64,000 nucleotides of DNA from Gammaproteobacteria bacterium 45_16_T64 (GTDB taxonomy: Bacteria > Pseudomonadota > Gammaproteobacteria > Pseudomonadales > Ketobacteraceae): assembly GCA_002162955.1 (NCBI GenBank), contig MABD01000037.1, positions 222,031 through 286,030 on the forward strand, read 5' to 3'. Under the pieces are notes generated by a model. The model ran no database searches. It was given only the letters and a program-made list of their open reading frames with translations, and was not told the DNA's origin. Shown one piece after another: positions 50,541 through 59,992 of the stretch (the stretch's first letter is position 1; every line of letters starts with the position of its first letter). The translations under genes and the position numbers were made by a program.

Positions 50541-52184
50541 TCATGCAGATTCAGCCTTCGATTTTCGCTTTTTTCTTACGCTTTTTTTCTTATCTTGACC
50601 TTTTACGTGTAGAGAGATACTTTTCATCCATTCGGAAATACCGTCTAATGAATTGATACACTCATCTATGCCTAGCTCAGAAAATGACGCAAGTCTTGTA
50701 AACAATAATAGATCGGCATAGGTTACCCGATCAGTAACAAGAAAATCTCTGTCCGATAGCTGATCATTCAAATAGCGCATCTTCTCAGACAATATTTCAA
50801 GGCAACGTGACCTTTCCAAAGAACTCAGATTTTCACCATTAATGTGGGCAAAGAAAATTGGCCGATACTCCTTTCTCATTCCCATATCAAATGCATTCCA
50901 CATTCTTATACTCGCCTGTTCCTGGCTATCTTTGGAGAAATATTCATGCTTAATCGAGCGAGTAGATTTTGCATAGTGACACAGATATTCAGCGATAAAT
51001 AATGAATCGTGTACAACCGTATCTCCATGTAGAAGCAAGGGCAATTCGCTGGATGGATTCAAATATTTATAGGGTGGCTTAGTATGCTCCATACTCTTCA
51101 TATCGATCTCAATATGTGAGTATTCAACATCCAATAATCGACACAATGTCACGACACGATCGCTTACCGGGGATCCAGTATATCCATAAAACATCAGCGG
51201 TTCCTTTAATGTAGAATCATCTATTTTCAACGCCCTCGATTTTGCCGATAAATCAGCATCCTGTGGAGAGGATTCCAAAAACTCCATTTTCCTCTTATTT
51301 TTTATCAACAGAGATTCACTTATTTTTAGTTTATTTCGTAAAATTGGCTTAAGTGCCTTAACGCACAGCCTATCCATCATTGATAGCTCAGAACGTTTAT
51401 ACAGAATACGGTTGATTAGTTTAGTTATACCCATATCGGATAGCTTCTTCATGCTTTTTTCCGACTCGGTATACGTCATTCTGATAGATCGTCTCTGGCT
51501 AATCCGCTCTATCCAAGCAGTGACATTAGGGTAGGTATACTTATTGATTTTAATGCCGATCAAGGGGATCATCGTTAGCCTTGGATATACCGATACGTCA
51601 GCTGAACCAAATCGCTCATCAATGAGGTATGTTCTGTTTTCCAATCTGCGCTCGACCAAATCAACAAACTGGGCCAGTTTCTTTTGATGCTCCGCCTGCT
51701 CTTCCAAAGTAAGTACTTTTAGATCCCATACTTTTTCTTGCCACGCAAGGTACGCGCCGTTATCTGTGGCCTGAGCAGAAATCTCAAGAAACTCTTGCTT
51801 TGTACACGCCAAATGGTGAAGCGGCCCCATAAATCGAGAATACATAAGCGGGCGATAGACATTCGCCATGGCAAGCTCGTAGTTCTCCCATTTTTTCGCT
51901 TCAATCTTGCCCGCCACCGTGGCGGGAATAATCGTCACTTTAGGGAAAAGGTCTTCGATATAATCGTTTATTACAGACGATTCAAAAATCACTTTACCGT
52001 TATGGCTTAGTGCAGGAACCAATCCATTCGGATTTATCTCCAGGTATTCGGGACTTTTTTGCTCCATCTTTGACAAATTGACTATTTGCGTTCGAAAGGG
52101 GATTCCTTTTTCAATCAGAAATATCTTTACTCGTCTAGCGCAAGGAGATCCCTCATAATCATATAATACGATATCATGCTTCAT
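50541..52184 (-). CDS. Tandem GST-GST fusion protein (two complete GST modules in 547 aa).
   Basis: Module 1 is VLYDYEGSPCARRVKIFLIEKGIPF...NPNGLVPAL...ESSVINDYIE. Module 2 is MFYGYTGSPVSDRVVTLCRLLDVEY...ELPLLLHGDTVVHDSLFIAEYL. Each has its own helical C-domain. Confidence 0.65.
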   Translation of the reverse strand: MKHDIVLYDYEGSPCARRVKIFLIEKGIPFRTQIVNLSKMEQKSPEYLEINPNGLVPALSHNGKVIFESSVINDYIEDLFPKVTIIPATVAGKIEAKKWENYELAMANVYRPLMYSRFMGPLHHLACTKQEFLEISAQATDNGAYLAWQEKVWDLKVLTLEEQAEHQKKLAQFVDLVERRLENRTYLIDERFGSADVSVYPRLTMIPLIGIKINKYTYPNVTAWIERISQRRSIRMTYTESEKSMKKLSDMGITKLINRILYKRSELSMMDRLCVKALKPILRNKLKISESLLIKNKRKMEFLESSPQDADLSAKSRALKIDDSTLKEPLMFYGYTGSPVSDRVVTLCRLLDVEYSHIEIDMKSMEHTKPPYKYLNPSSELPLLLHGDTVVHDSLFIAEYLCHYAKSTRSIKHEYFSKDSQEQASIRMWNAFDMGMRKEYRPIFFAHINGENLSSLERSRCLEILSEKMRYLNDQLSDRDFLVTDRVTYADLLLFTRLASFSELGIDECINSLDGISEWMKSISLHVKGQDKKKSVRKKRKSKAESA

Positions 52185-52211
52185 TTATTTACCCTCACTC
52201 AATTAGTATTA

Positions 52212-53903
52212 CTACGCTAAGCTCAGTTTTATTTTTTGCCCGACCTCTAGAGAAGACAAATATTTTCCAACCGCGCTATCGAATCGTTCTGGGCTTTCGC
52301 ATACTACAATCATTTTATCGGGGCGAATTAGCACACATTTTTTCCCGCTATCAAATTTGTCTCGATAATATCCATCCACATCCCAAACCACAGTTTCACC
52401 GGTTTTACGGGATATTTCTTCCACTCGAGATAAGTCATGGCCGCCTTTTATCACGCAGTATTCAGAGTCAATTTCTGAAAGTCGGGATTTGGTATCGTCG
52501 CTTAAATTTGATTGCGCACTTTTCTCGTAACTAATCACTGCAAAATTTCCAGAAAGGCAATCATCAATAAGCGAAGATTGTTTATCCACGCCACCCGTTT
52601 TTGCAACAAATCTAGTCTCTACTATAGATTGAAGAAATTCATAACCCACGGTTAATTCCGACACATCACCTAGCCCAAGCATCAGTGACCGCATACCAAG
52701 AATACTATTTGGTGTTTTTTTGATGCTTGCAACATCACTCCTTCCACTAATCCTATTTAACGTACGAAACACAACATTTCTAACTTTAGAAAACCATTTG
52801 CTCTGGGGTAATACAAGCATTCCCATGGCGCGGGCAGTATTGACGATAATAACCGCTTGAGGTCTACGTTCTGAATGATACGTATCCAACACCCTATCAG
52901 ACAAAGTACCTTTTAATACTTGCGCCAATTTCCAGCTGATATTGTATGAATCTCGCAAACCAGCCATCAAACCCTGCCCCGCAAATGGCGGCGTTAAATG
53001 GGCTGCATCACCCAGAAGAAAAACATTACCGACTCGAAATTTTTTCGCTATTCTAGCGTGAAAGGTATAAATGGTTTTTCGAATGACATTCATCTCTGAC
53101 ACATCACCCCAGGGCTTAAGTAATTCCTTAACCGCAGCATCCGACGATATATACTCGTTAGATTCATCGTTCTTTACCACGAATTCCCATCGACGTGTGT
53201 TATTTGGCGTAGGCAGCGTGACGCCCGGGCGGTTGGGATCACACATAAAATAGACCAAATCCCGATCGTTAGTTTTCCCCTCTTTATGCTGATTATGGGT
53301 ATGTACTGAAGGATCATTTTCAACATCCAAAATCAACCAATCCTGCGCATAGGTATGACCAGTAAATCCAACGTTCATCATTTTTCTTATGTTACTTCTT
53401 CCGCCATCACACCCTAGTACATAGCGGCAAGAAATAGTACGGTATTCATCACCATTTGTTACCACGCGGCAAAGCACTTCATTACCTCGATCTTCGATTT
53501 GTAAGCATTCTGTGCTTTTCCAAAAATCTACATTGTCGTATCGATCCAACCCATCCCGCATGCATTGCTCTAGCGCCGGTTGGTACAGCGTTCGAAGAAT
53601 AGGAAACCCATTGACTTCCTCAGCACAATCAAAACTAAAAAATGGCTCTAATGATGCACAACGAAATTGAACCTGAGCCGCATCAAGCAATGTTGGCTCG
53701 AAACTCTCCATTAATCCAGCAGCATTGATAATTCTCGAGCCTTCGTTACATAATCCAACCGCTCTAGGGGTTTTCACGATATCGTCCTCTTTGTCGACCA
53801 AGAGGACTTTAACGCCATATTTTCCCAATAGATTAGCGGACAACGCCCCTGCTGGACCGGCACCGACAATCAATACATCATAGATAGAACTTTCGTTGCT
53901 CAT
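52212..53903 (-). CDS. FAD-dependent aromatic-ring monooxygenase (MhpA/PcpB-like phenol hydroxylase family).
   Basis: YDVLIVGAGPAGALSANLLGKYGVKVLLVDKE dinucleotide-binding motif, an FLLGDAAH second FAD motif and a roughly 560 aa two-domain size. Confidence 0.8.
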   Translation of the reverse strand: MSNESSIYDVLIVGAGPAGALSANLLGKYGVKVLLVDKEDDIVKTPRAVGLCNEGSRIINAAGLMESFEPTLLDAAQVQFRCASLEPFFSFDCAEEVNGFPILRTLYQPALEQCMRDGLDRYDNVDFWKSTECLQIEDRGNEVLCRVVTNGDEYRTISCRYVLGCDGGRSNIRKMMNVGFTGHTYAQDWLILDVENDPSVHTHNQHKEGKTNDRDLVYFMCDPNRPGVTLPTPNNTRRWEFVVKNDESNEYISSDAAVKELLKPWGDVSEMNVIRKTIYTFHARIAKKFRVGNVFLLGDAAHLTPPFAGQGLMAGLRDSYNISWKLAQVLKGTLSDRVLDTYHSERRPQAVIIVNTARAMGMLVLPQSKWFSKVRNVVFRTLNRISGRSDVASIKKTPNSILGMRSLMLGLGDVSELTVGYEFLQSIVETRFVAKTGGVDKQSSLIDDCLSGNFAVISYEKSAQSNLSDDTKSRLSEIDSEYCVIKGGHDLSRVEEISRKTGETVVWDVDGYYRDKFDSGKKCVLIRPDKMIVVCESPERFDSAVGKYLSSLEVGQKIKLSLA

Positions 53904-53916
53904 GTCTTATCCCCTT

Positions 53917-54879
53917 CTATACTACGCGATTTTCTTGTGTACCAAGATCAACAACACCATCCAAACTACGTATAGTTGCCCTAACTACATCTCCAGCGTT
54001 TAAGTATTGTGACCGACGCCCTTGTGTCTTCTTGAACATTTTCCACTTAGTTTTTTCTGGTAATAGGGCACCAATTTTTGTCACAAGGGGAGACGGTATG
54101 CGGAGAGCACAACCAGCAGGGGTTCCCGTGAGCACAAGGTCACCAACTCTCATGTCGCTAACTTGTGAAAGCTCAGTTAATGTTTCATCCGGCTTAAATA
54201 CAAGGTTTCGGGTATTGTCTTGTTGTCTCAGTTCGTCATTTACCGTTAACGTGAGCTCCAGGTCATCCAAGTAACTCAGCTCCTCTTTTGAGAGCAAACA
54301 AAGCACAGGGCCAACAGGACAAAAACTACGATAGCTTTTCCCCTTGAAAAATTGCATTTGAGGTACCTGCACGTCACGTGCAGAAACGTCATTTCCTATC
54401 ACAACTCCCGCGACATAATCTCCAATATTTCGACGTGATATTTTTTCTTCCGACGTAATATTTTTTCCAATAACCAACCCCAATTCGACTTCGTAATCCA
54501 GTAGACTGACATGGTTGGGTTTTATGATATCGTCGGAAGGACCACTGATTGAGGCAGCGGATTTGTTAAAGAACATATTGAAATTTTTGTCATCAGGGTT
54601 CATTCCTGATTCGATCATATGCTCTCTATAATTTGCCCCCTGACACAATACCAAGCAGGGCTTTGTTACTGGAGACAATAACGTAACCTCAAAAAGAGAA
54701 ATTGTGTTCTTCGATTTTTTACTAGGGTCTATCGATAAAGCCTCTTCTTTTCCTTCGTTAAGGAATTCGGCAGTAGATTGATAATCACCTGATAGAGGAA
54801 AGATAGTCTCGCTAAACAATACTCCCCAACCCGTTTGACTTTGATTGTTCTTGCTATATCTCACTACATTACACACCAT
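53917..54879 (-). CDS. Fumarylacetoacetate hydrolase (FAH) family hydrolase.
   Basis: FAH-fold C-terminal core (LDYEVELGLVIGK, GDYVAGVVIGNDVSARD, GDLVLTGTPAG). Confidence 0.7.
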   Translation of the reverse strand: MVCNVVRYSKNNQSQTGWGVLFSETIFPLSGDYQSTAEFLNEGKEEALSIDPSKKSKNTISLFEVTLLSPVTKPCLVLCQGANYREHMIESGMNPDDKNFNMFFNKSAASISGPSDDIIKPNHVSLLDYEVELGLVIGKNITSEEKISRRNIGDYVAGVVIGNDVSARDVQVPQMQFFKGKSYRSFCPVGPVLCLLSKEELSYLDDLELTLTVNDELRQQDNTRNLVFKPDETLTELSQVSDMRVGDLVLTGTPAGCALRIPSPLVTKIGALLPEKTKWKMFKKTQGRRSQYLNAGDVVRATIRSLDGVVDLGTQENRVV

Positions 54880-54909
54880 GACATACTCTCCGATATTTAT
54901 TGCTATACA

Positions 54910-56046
54910 TTAAATGGCTTTTATCATCTTCGCTAAACGTCTGATACTCAGATCATCATTCGAGGGTATGCGCCGCAACACACTCTTGAAGGTATTCCAA
55001 GGACGGTTTAACCCTTTAAACTCCGCTGTCATGTCTGGCCCCCATTGATGTTGCGCCGAGCCATTAAATAGATGGTATCCCGTATTTTTTTCGCGGTTAA
55101 AAAGATCACCATCAGCATAATGTTCAAATAGGTCTCCGTAAGGATCACGCCAATAGTCAAATACCTGACTACCCAGAATGTGTCTTCCAATCCCCCATCC
55201 ATGTTTGTATTGCATCTCCGACGCCCTTTTGGACATCCAGTGACCCGCTACTGCAACCTCTTCAAACGTATCCATTTCAAACGCGGAGTGTATGTGGCCC
55301 AACTCTGGCGTAATACCAAACCCCAACGTATGATGGTCAGTCGGCACCTCCCCCCTATCAACACGCATGAATACAACAATCGGATTTTCGTCACCAGGAA
55401 GGAACTGAAAGTCGGAAACAATAAATCCAAAGGTATCCTGATACCAATGCACTGTTTTTTTAATGTTGGCCACACTATGCAAACTATGGCCTAACTTTCG
55501 AACTGTCACTGGTGAGATGACGTTTCTAACCGATTCATTTTTCCGGGTCTTTTCATCACCGGTATTCCAATTACTCTCACACGGTACTTTATCGATAGGT
55601 AATAATGTCGATAGATTACAATTGACCTCCACCACTAGCCCGTCCGGATCCTTAAGCGATACATATTGGCCACCCATTTGAGTCGGATGTGCCTGGATTG
55701 TTTGATCATAGTGATGAGCAAGACGCTGCACATCACCTTCACTCGCCTTAAGCCCGATGGTCGTCAACGCTTGAGGACCTTTTTCAATAATAATGAGGTG
55801 ATGCTCTGCGCTAACCCCACGTAAATAGATTCTCTTTTCCGTTCTAATATCTAATAGCAGTCCGTAATCCACAAAAAACTTCGCTGCTTTTTCTATGTCA
55901 GGCCGTATAAGCACCAAATAGGCAAGGCCCTCTACCTTCGTCAACGGATCGCTACAACACTCTTTCACCTGGCATTCACGCCGTAGTTTCTCTAGTTCTC
56001 GATTTACTGTGTTTTCAGAGCCCGTCGTCGTCATAAAAGTCACCAT
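54910..56046 (-). CDS. Two-domain VOC-superfamily extradiol-type ring-cleavage dioxygenase (hydroquinone/chlorohydroquinone dioxygenase PcpA/LinE-like).
   Basis: Two glyoxalase/VOC modules (GLAYLVLIRPD...HHLIIIEKG; LGHSLHSVANIKKTVHWYQDTFGF...HTLGFG). 378 aa. Confidence 0.55.
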   Translation of the reverse strand: MVTFMTTTGSENTVNRELEKLRRECQVKECCSDPLTKVEGLAYLVLIRPDIEKAAKFFVDYGLLLDIRTEKRIYLRGVSAEHHLIIIEKGPQALTTIGLKASEGDVQRLAHHYDQTIQAHPTQMGGQYVSLKDPDGLVVEVNCNLSTLLPIDKVPCESNWNTGDEKTRKNESVRNVISPVTVRKLGHSLHSVANIKKTVHWYQDTFGFIVSDFQFLPGDENPIVVFMRVDRGEVPTDHHTLGFGITPELGHIHSAFEMDTFEEVAVAGHWMSKRASEMQYKHGWGIGRHILGSQVFDYWRDPYGDLFEHYADGDLFNREKNTGYHLFNGSAQHQWGPDMTAEFKGLNRPWNTFKSVLRRIPSNDDLSIRRLAKMIKAI

Positions 56047-56072
56047 GCGTTAAGTTGATGAAATCAGCATAA

Positions 56073-56105
56073 CTGAATATAATTCATATTAGAAGATAAT
56101 TCATA
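56073..56105. promoter_or_regulatory. Operator-like motif CTGAATAT-AATTC-ATATTAGAA, with a second ATAATTCATA half-copy, in the divergent promoter between the catabolic operon and the TetR gene.
   Basis: The same motif recurs at 58479..58513 (see findings). Confidence 0.45.
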
Positions 56106-56174
56106 GATAGAATGAGATTCTTTTTTGAGCTATCATCTACCTATTAGTTATATGAATGACCAAAGGATATGTAG

Positions 56175-56858
56175 ATGGACTCCACTGAGGCAGCCGCTAA
56201 ACCCAATAGGACCTCTAGAAGAAAGCAAAAAACCAAAGATAAGCTGTTGAAAGCAATACAAATATTGGTTTTGGAAAGAGGGTTGAACGAGATCTCTATT
56301 AACGACATCACAGAACAGGCCGATGTTGGATTAGGGACGTTTTATAACTATTTCGATTCGAAAGAATCTCTCATTCAGGCCACTAGTGAGCTATTGCTCG
56401 CGTATTACCATCAGGATATTGATGCGGTAACAGAAGGCCTCACCGACCCTGCAGAAATAATGGCCGCCTCAATTATGCATACATTGTCCAAAGCCGTGGA
56501 TGGTACGCAATGGGGGAAATTTATCTTCGAATCAAACGTACCGATAGAAGCTTACGCGATGAATATGCGCATGCGTGGCATGAGGGATATTCGACGCGGT
56601 ATCGACGAAGGCCGGTTCGAAGCCGATGAACCAGAGATAATCCTCAGCATGTTTACCGGTTTTGCACTTGCCGTCGCTGGCGATGTGTACTTTGGCTTCT
56701 TGCCCAAGACAGCCATAGTTAAATCCACCGCAAAGATTCTCACTCTTCTCGGCATAAAAGAAGAAGCAGCCAAAGAAATTGCCCAAAAGAAATACCCGAC
56801 CGTAAAGCCCGTGGAATTACCTATATCTGTATTCGACTTAGAACAAGACGAGGCTTAA
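56175..56858 (+). CDS. TetR-family regulator, divergent from the catabolic operon and convergent with FadL/TodX copy 2.
   Basis: HTH INDITEQADVGLGTFYNYFDSKESL. Confidence 0.8.
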   Translation: MDSTEAAAKPNRTSRRKQKTKDKLLKAIQILVLERGLNEISINDITEQADVGLGTFYNYFDSKESLIQATSELLLAYYHQDIDAVTEGLTDPAEIMAASIMHTLSKAVDGTQWGKFIFESNVPIEAYAMNMRMRGMRDIRRGIDEGRFEADEPEIILSMFTGFALAVAGDVYFGFLPKTAIVKSTAKILTLLGIKEEAAKEIAQKKYPTVKPVELPISVFDLEQDEA

Positions 56859-58408
56859 AACTCAGAGCGATAACTGAGCTCCAACATAACCATGCTGAGC
56901 TCAGTTTTTACATCCAACCCCGCATAAGGGTTATACAAAAAATTATCCGCTCGAGTATCGTTACCATTAGTGCTGCTGCCAACAGGTATATCCTGAACAC
57001 TTTTGGCATACCCCAAAGAAACATCAAAGACCGACGTACTATCCGGTAGATAACTGAAACCGATAGCATATAGATCCATATCGCCAATGGGTAAGAAAAA
57101 ATCACGCTTATCTTCCGGTATACCTGACTTTCTCGGTTCATACCCTACACGCAATGCCAGCACATCCGAATAGGCATATTCAATACCAATCGCCCAATTC
57201 ATACTATTTTCATAGCCCCTAGGGAAAATCAACTTATCCTCCTCAATACCTTCAATAAAGTTACCCATGATGCCTAACATAGGATCAGGTTCATCTAATT
57301 CAAACACTAATTCATCCCATACCGATGTTTCTGTCCATTTAAGATCCACATTAACTTTAATGTCTGGCAACAGCTGCAGGCTCACACCAAGCGCAATATG
57401 TTGGGCCGTTTCTATTTCGGTTGAGCCTTTTGTTTCAATCACTTTTGCTTGCGCAGGAATATCAATAGTCTCGCTAACACCTTCGGTAAAGCCGATCAAT
57501 CCATCGCTGTAGGTCATTACCAGATCACCCTCCACTTTGTCAGTACTGGGGCTCTGCCATACCATACCAACAGTAAACCAAGGAGTAACATCCCATAAAA
57601 AGCCAACATTCATCGTTAATGAAAAAGGGTTGTTCAAATCCATTTGCATATTAATCAGTGTTTCATAGGGGTTAATTTCCCCACCACACACATTGATAGG
57701 TAGCGAGTCGGGATCTTCGTTAGCACAAATTTCATTAAACATGCCCTGTGTTCTAGCTAACCCATAATTCGACGCCCTGAAATCCAAGTCAATCCCAACG
57801 CCCACATAGGAAAAACCGACAGAAACACCCACAGCAAAAGTCTCCGTCATTTGCACACCAATCGATGGGGAAAAATACGTCAGCCGAGTAATCGCCAACT
57901 CTCGCCCAACAAACCGACCAGGGTCATCATCATCACGCGCCATTCCCATCATAAACGGTGCATACACCCCCGTCGCAAACGTCACATTGGAGCCCGGTTT
58001 CTGTACCGAAATTCCACCAAGAGGTGCAACCGTAACCGGCAGCTCCGTAAAACCAGCACCAGGAATATAAGCAGCGAAACTATTAATATCACTTTCGGTA
58101 TTAGCGACCGAATCATAGATTCCTGTCTCTTCCTGAAGCGCATCAAATTCTTCAGTGGAAGTGAATTCTGCCGTTATGCTTGCATCTGCGGCGATAATTT
58201 TTAACTCTCGCTGCCTTCCTTTTAGACGCGCCAAACCCGCAGGGTTAAAATGAATAGAATCAATACCAGGAGGATCTGCAGTAACCGCATGCCCTAGTGC
58301 TAACGCTTTTGGATTTCCTATCATCAAGTTCTGAGCAAGTTGCGCAGTCGCATTTTGACTAAGCAGAACACTAAAAAAACCTAGAAAACACAGAGAAAGG
58401 TACTGCAT
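56855..58408 (-). CDS. FadL/TodX-family outer-membrane transporter (copy 2).
   Basis: Paralog of 43919..45511 (LAQNLMIGNPKALALGHAVTADPPGIDSIHFNPAGLARLKGRQRELKII; C-terminal ...SEF). The ATG at 58408 has an AAGGAG Shine-Dalgarno sequence; the ORF track extends to 58492. Confidence 0.75.
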   Translation of the reverse strand: MQYLSLCFLGFFSVLLSQNATAQLAQNLMIGNPKALALGHAVTADPPGIDSIHFNPAGLARLKGRQRELKIIAADASITAEFTSTEEFDALQEETGIYDSVANTESDINSFAAYIPGAGFTELPVTVAPLGGISVQKPGSNVTFATGVYAPFMMGMARDDDDPGRFVGRELAITRLTYFSPSIGVQMTETFAVGVSVGFSYVGVGIDLDFRASNYGLARTQGMFNEICANEDPDSLPINVCGGEINPYETLINMQMDLNNPFSLTMNVGFLWDVTPWFTVGMVWQSPSTDKVEGDLVMTYSDGLIGFTEGVSETIDIPAQAKVIETKGSTEIETAQHIALGVSLQLLPDIKVNVDLKWTETSVWDELVFELDEPDPMLGIMGNFIEGIEEDKLIFPRGYENSMNWAIGIEYAYSDVLALRVGYEPRKSGIPEDKRDFFLPIGDMDLYAIGFSYLPDSTSVFDVSLGYAKSVQDIPVGSSTNGNDTRADNFLYNPYAGLDVKTELSMVMLELSYRSEF

Positions 58409-58478
58409 GCGTATAGTCTCCTTTATTTTATTCTTATTTGCAGACTTAACACAGCGGACGATAACCAAGACGTCCAAC

Positions 58479-58513
58479 TGAATATTCCTCATATTAGAAT
58501 ATAATTCATATAT
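58479..58513. promoter_or_regulatory. Two tandem copies of the TGAATAT-N5-ATATTAG operator-like motif in the divergent FadL2 / GST-like promoter region.
   Basis: CTGAATAT-TCCTC-ATATTAGAATATAATTCATATATTG read directly. The 3' part is 15/15 identical to 56075..56089. Confidence 0.45.
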
Positions 58514-58825
58514 TGAGCAATAGCATTTTGATTAAAATAAGACCAAGCCGTAAAGGTAATTACATTAGAAGCGTCGCAACACAACAGGGGAGCCCTCTAT
58601 CTTATTGTTTTTAATGAAAATATATGAGAGTCCATGTTCATTCCTCATGACTTAAAAGCGCTCTGTACTTTCTTTATTTCCCCTAAGTCAGGAATCAAAT
58701 CGCTTTTCCGTAACCTCTCTTTCACACATGAATCATTGTCACAAGTTATGTTCCCTGCAAAACTGTCGGCTTCTCTATATGATGGAATCAACACAATCTA
58801 ACCGATAATCTCGGGGGCTCGAATT

Positions 58826-59941
58826 ATGACAAATCAACCACTGCACAGGTTTCAGCTTATCGGTACAGAGTCCTCGTTATTTACCGGGAAGGTACGAGGC
58901 TATCTACGATATAAAAAAATTCCTTTTACCGAACAAATATCATCCCTTCAGGTGTACCGAAAGGTCATCGTGCCGCGAACCGGCAAACAAATGATTCCAG
59001 TGTTACTCACACCCGACGATGAGTGCATTCAAGACACAACGTGCATAATAGATCACTTAGAAAAGGACTACCCTGAGCATTCGGTTTATCCAGAAACCCC
59101 AAAGCAGCGACTCGCATCAATTCTACTCGAGTGTTATGGCGATGAATGGCTGGTAATGCCAGCGATGCACTATCGCTGGCAATTTAAACGTTATAATTTA
59201 CCTTTTATCTTAAAAGAATTTGGCCAAACTGCCATGCCTCAGCTTCCTGGACCACTGCAATACGTCATTGGTAGCATTCCGGCATTTGCTTTTGGTGGGC
59301 GCTATAAACCCTACTTTGGTGTCACCAAAAATATGGAAAGCGCAATAGAAAGCAGCTACGAATCCCTATTAGCCGACCTAGAAACACACTTCTCTCAATA
59401 CCCATACTTGCTTGGTAACCGACCTAGCATCGGCGATTACGGTTTCTTGGGCCCGTTCTATGCGCATCTTTATCGCGACCCCTATCCCAAAAAACTCATG
59501 CAACAGAAGGCCCCCAATGTTCTAAAATGGGTCGAACGCATGCAATTTTCAACCGACGCTCGATACGGTGACTTTCTTGATAATGATGAGATCCCAGAGA
59601 CTCTGTTACCTATTTTGCAACGTATGACTCGTGAGCAATTCCCTGTATTGGAAGATACCGGTATTCGATTGGACAAGTGGACTCTTACTCACCCAGAAAA
59701 ACGCCAGATAAAGCGCATCATTGGCAGCCACACATTTTCTATAGAGGGAGAATCCTCAACACGGGCAGTCACACCCTTTTCGTATTGGATGTTTCAAAGA
59801 GCATTAAAAATATATAACGATGCAACGACTGAGAAGAATAACCTGGATGGATTCTTAAAGGATATACAAGGTGAGAGTGCATTTTTAAATCAGTCGAAGA
59901 CAGTATTGGAATACACAAAATATCGACTTAATGTTGCGTAA
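58826..59941 (+). CDS. GST-N-domain-containing protein (371 aa).
   Basis: Thioredoxin-fold GST N-domain (FQLIGTESSLFTGKVRGYL...IPVLL...DTTCIIDHLE) followed by a long helical region. Confidence 0.45.
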   Translation: MTNQPLHRFQLIGTESSLFTGKVRGYLRYKKIPFTEQISSLQVYRKVIVPRTGKQMIPVLLTPDDECIQDTTCIIDHLEKDYPEHSVYPETPKQRLASILLECYGDEWLVMPAMHYRWQFKRYNLPFILKEFGQTAMPQLPGPLQYVIGSIPAFAFGGRYKPYFGVTKNMESAIESSYESLLADLETHFSQYPYLLGNRPSIGDYGFLGPFYAHLYRDPYPKKLMQQKAPNVLKWVERMQFSTDARYGDFLDNDEIPETLLPILQRMTREQFPVLEDTGIRLDKWTLTHPEKRQIKRIIGSHTFSIEGESSTRAVTPFSYWMFQRALKIYNDATTEKNNLDGFLKDIQGESAFLNQSKTVLEYTKYRLNVA

Positions 59942-59992
59942 TTAGCCTCGACTTATTAAGACCCTGTCACCTGATGATGACAGGGTTAAATT

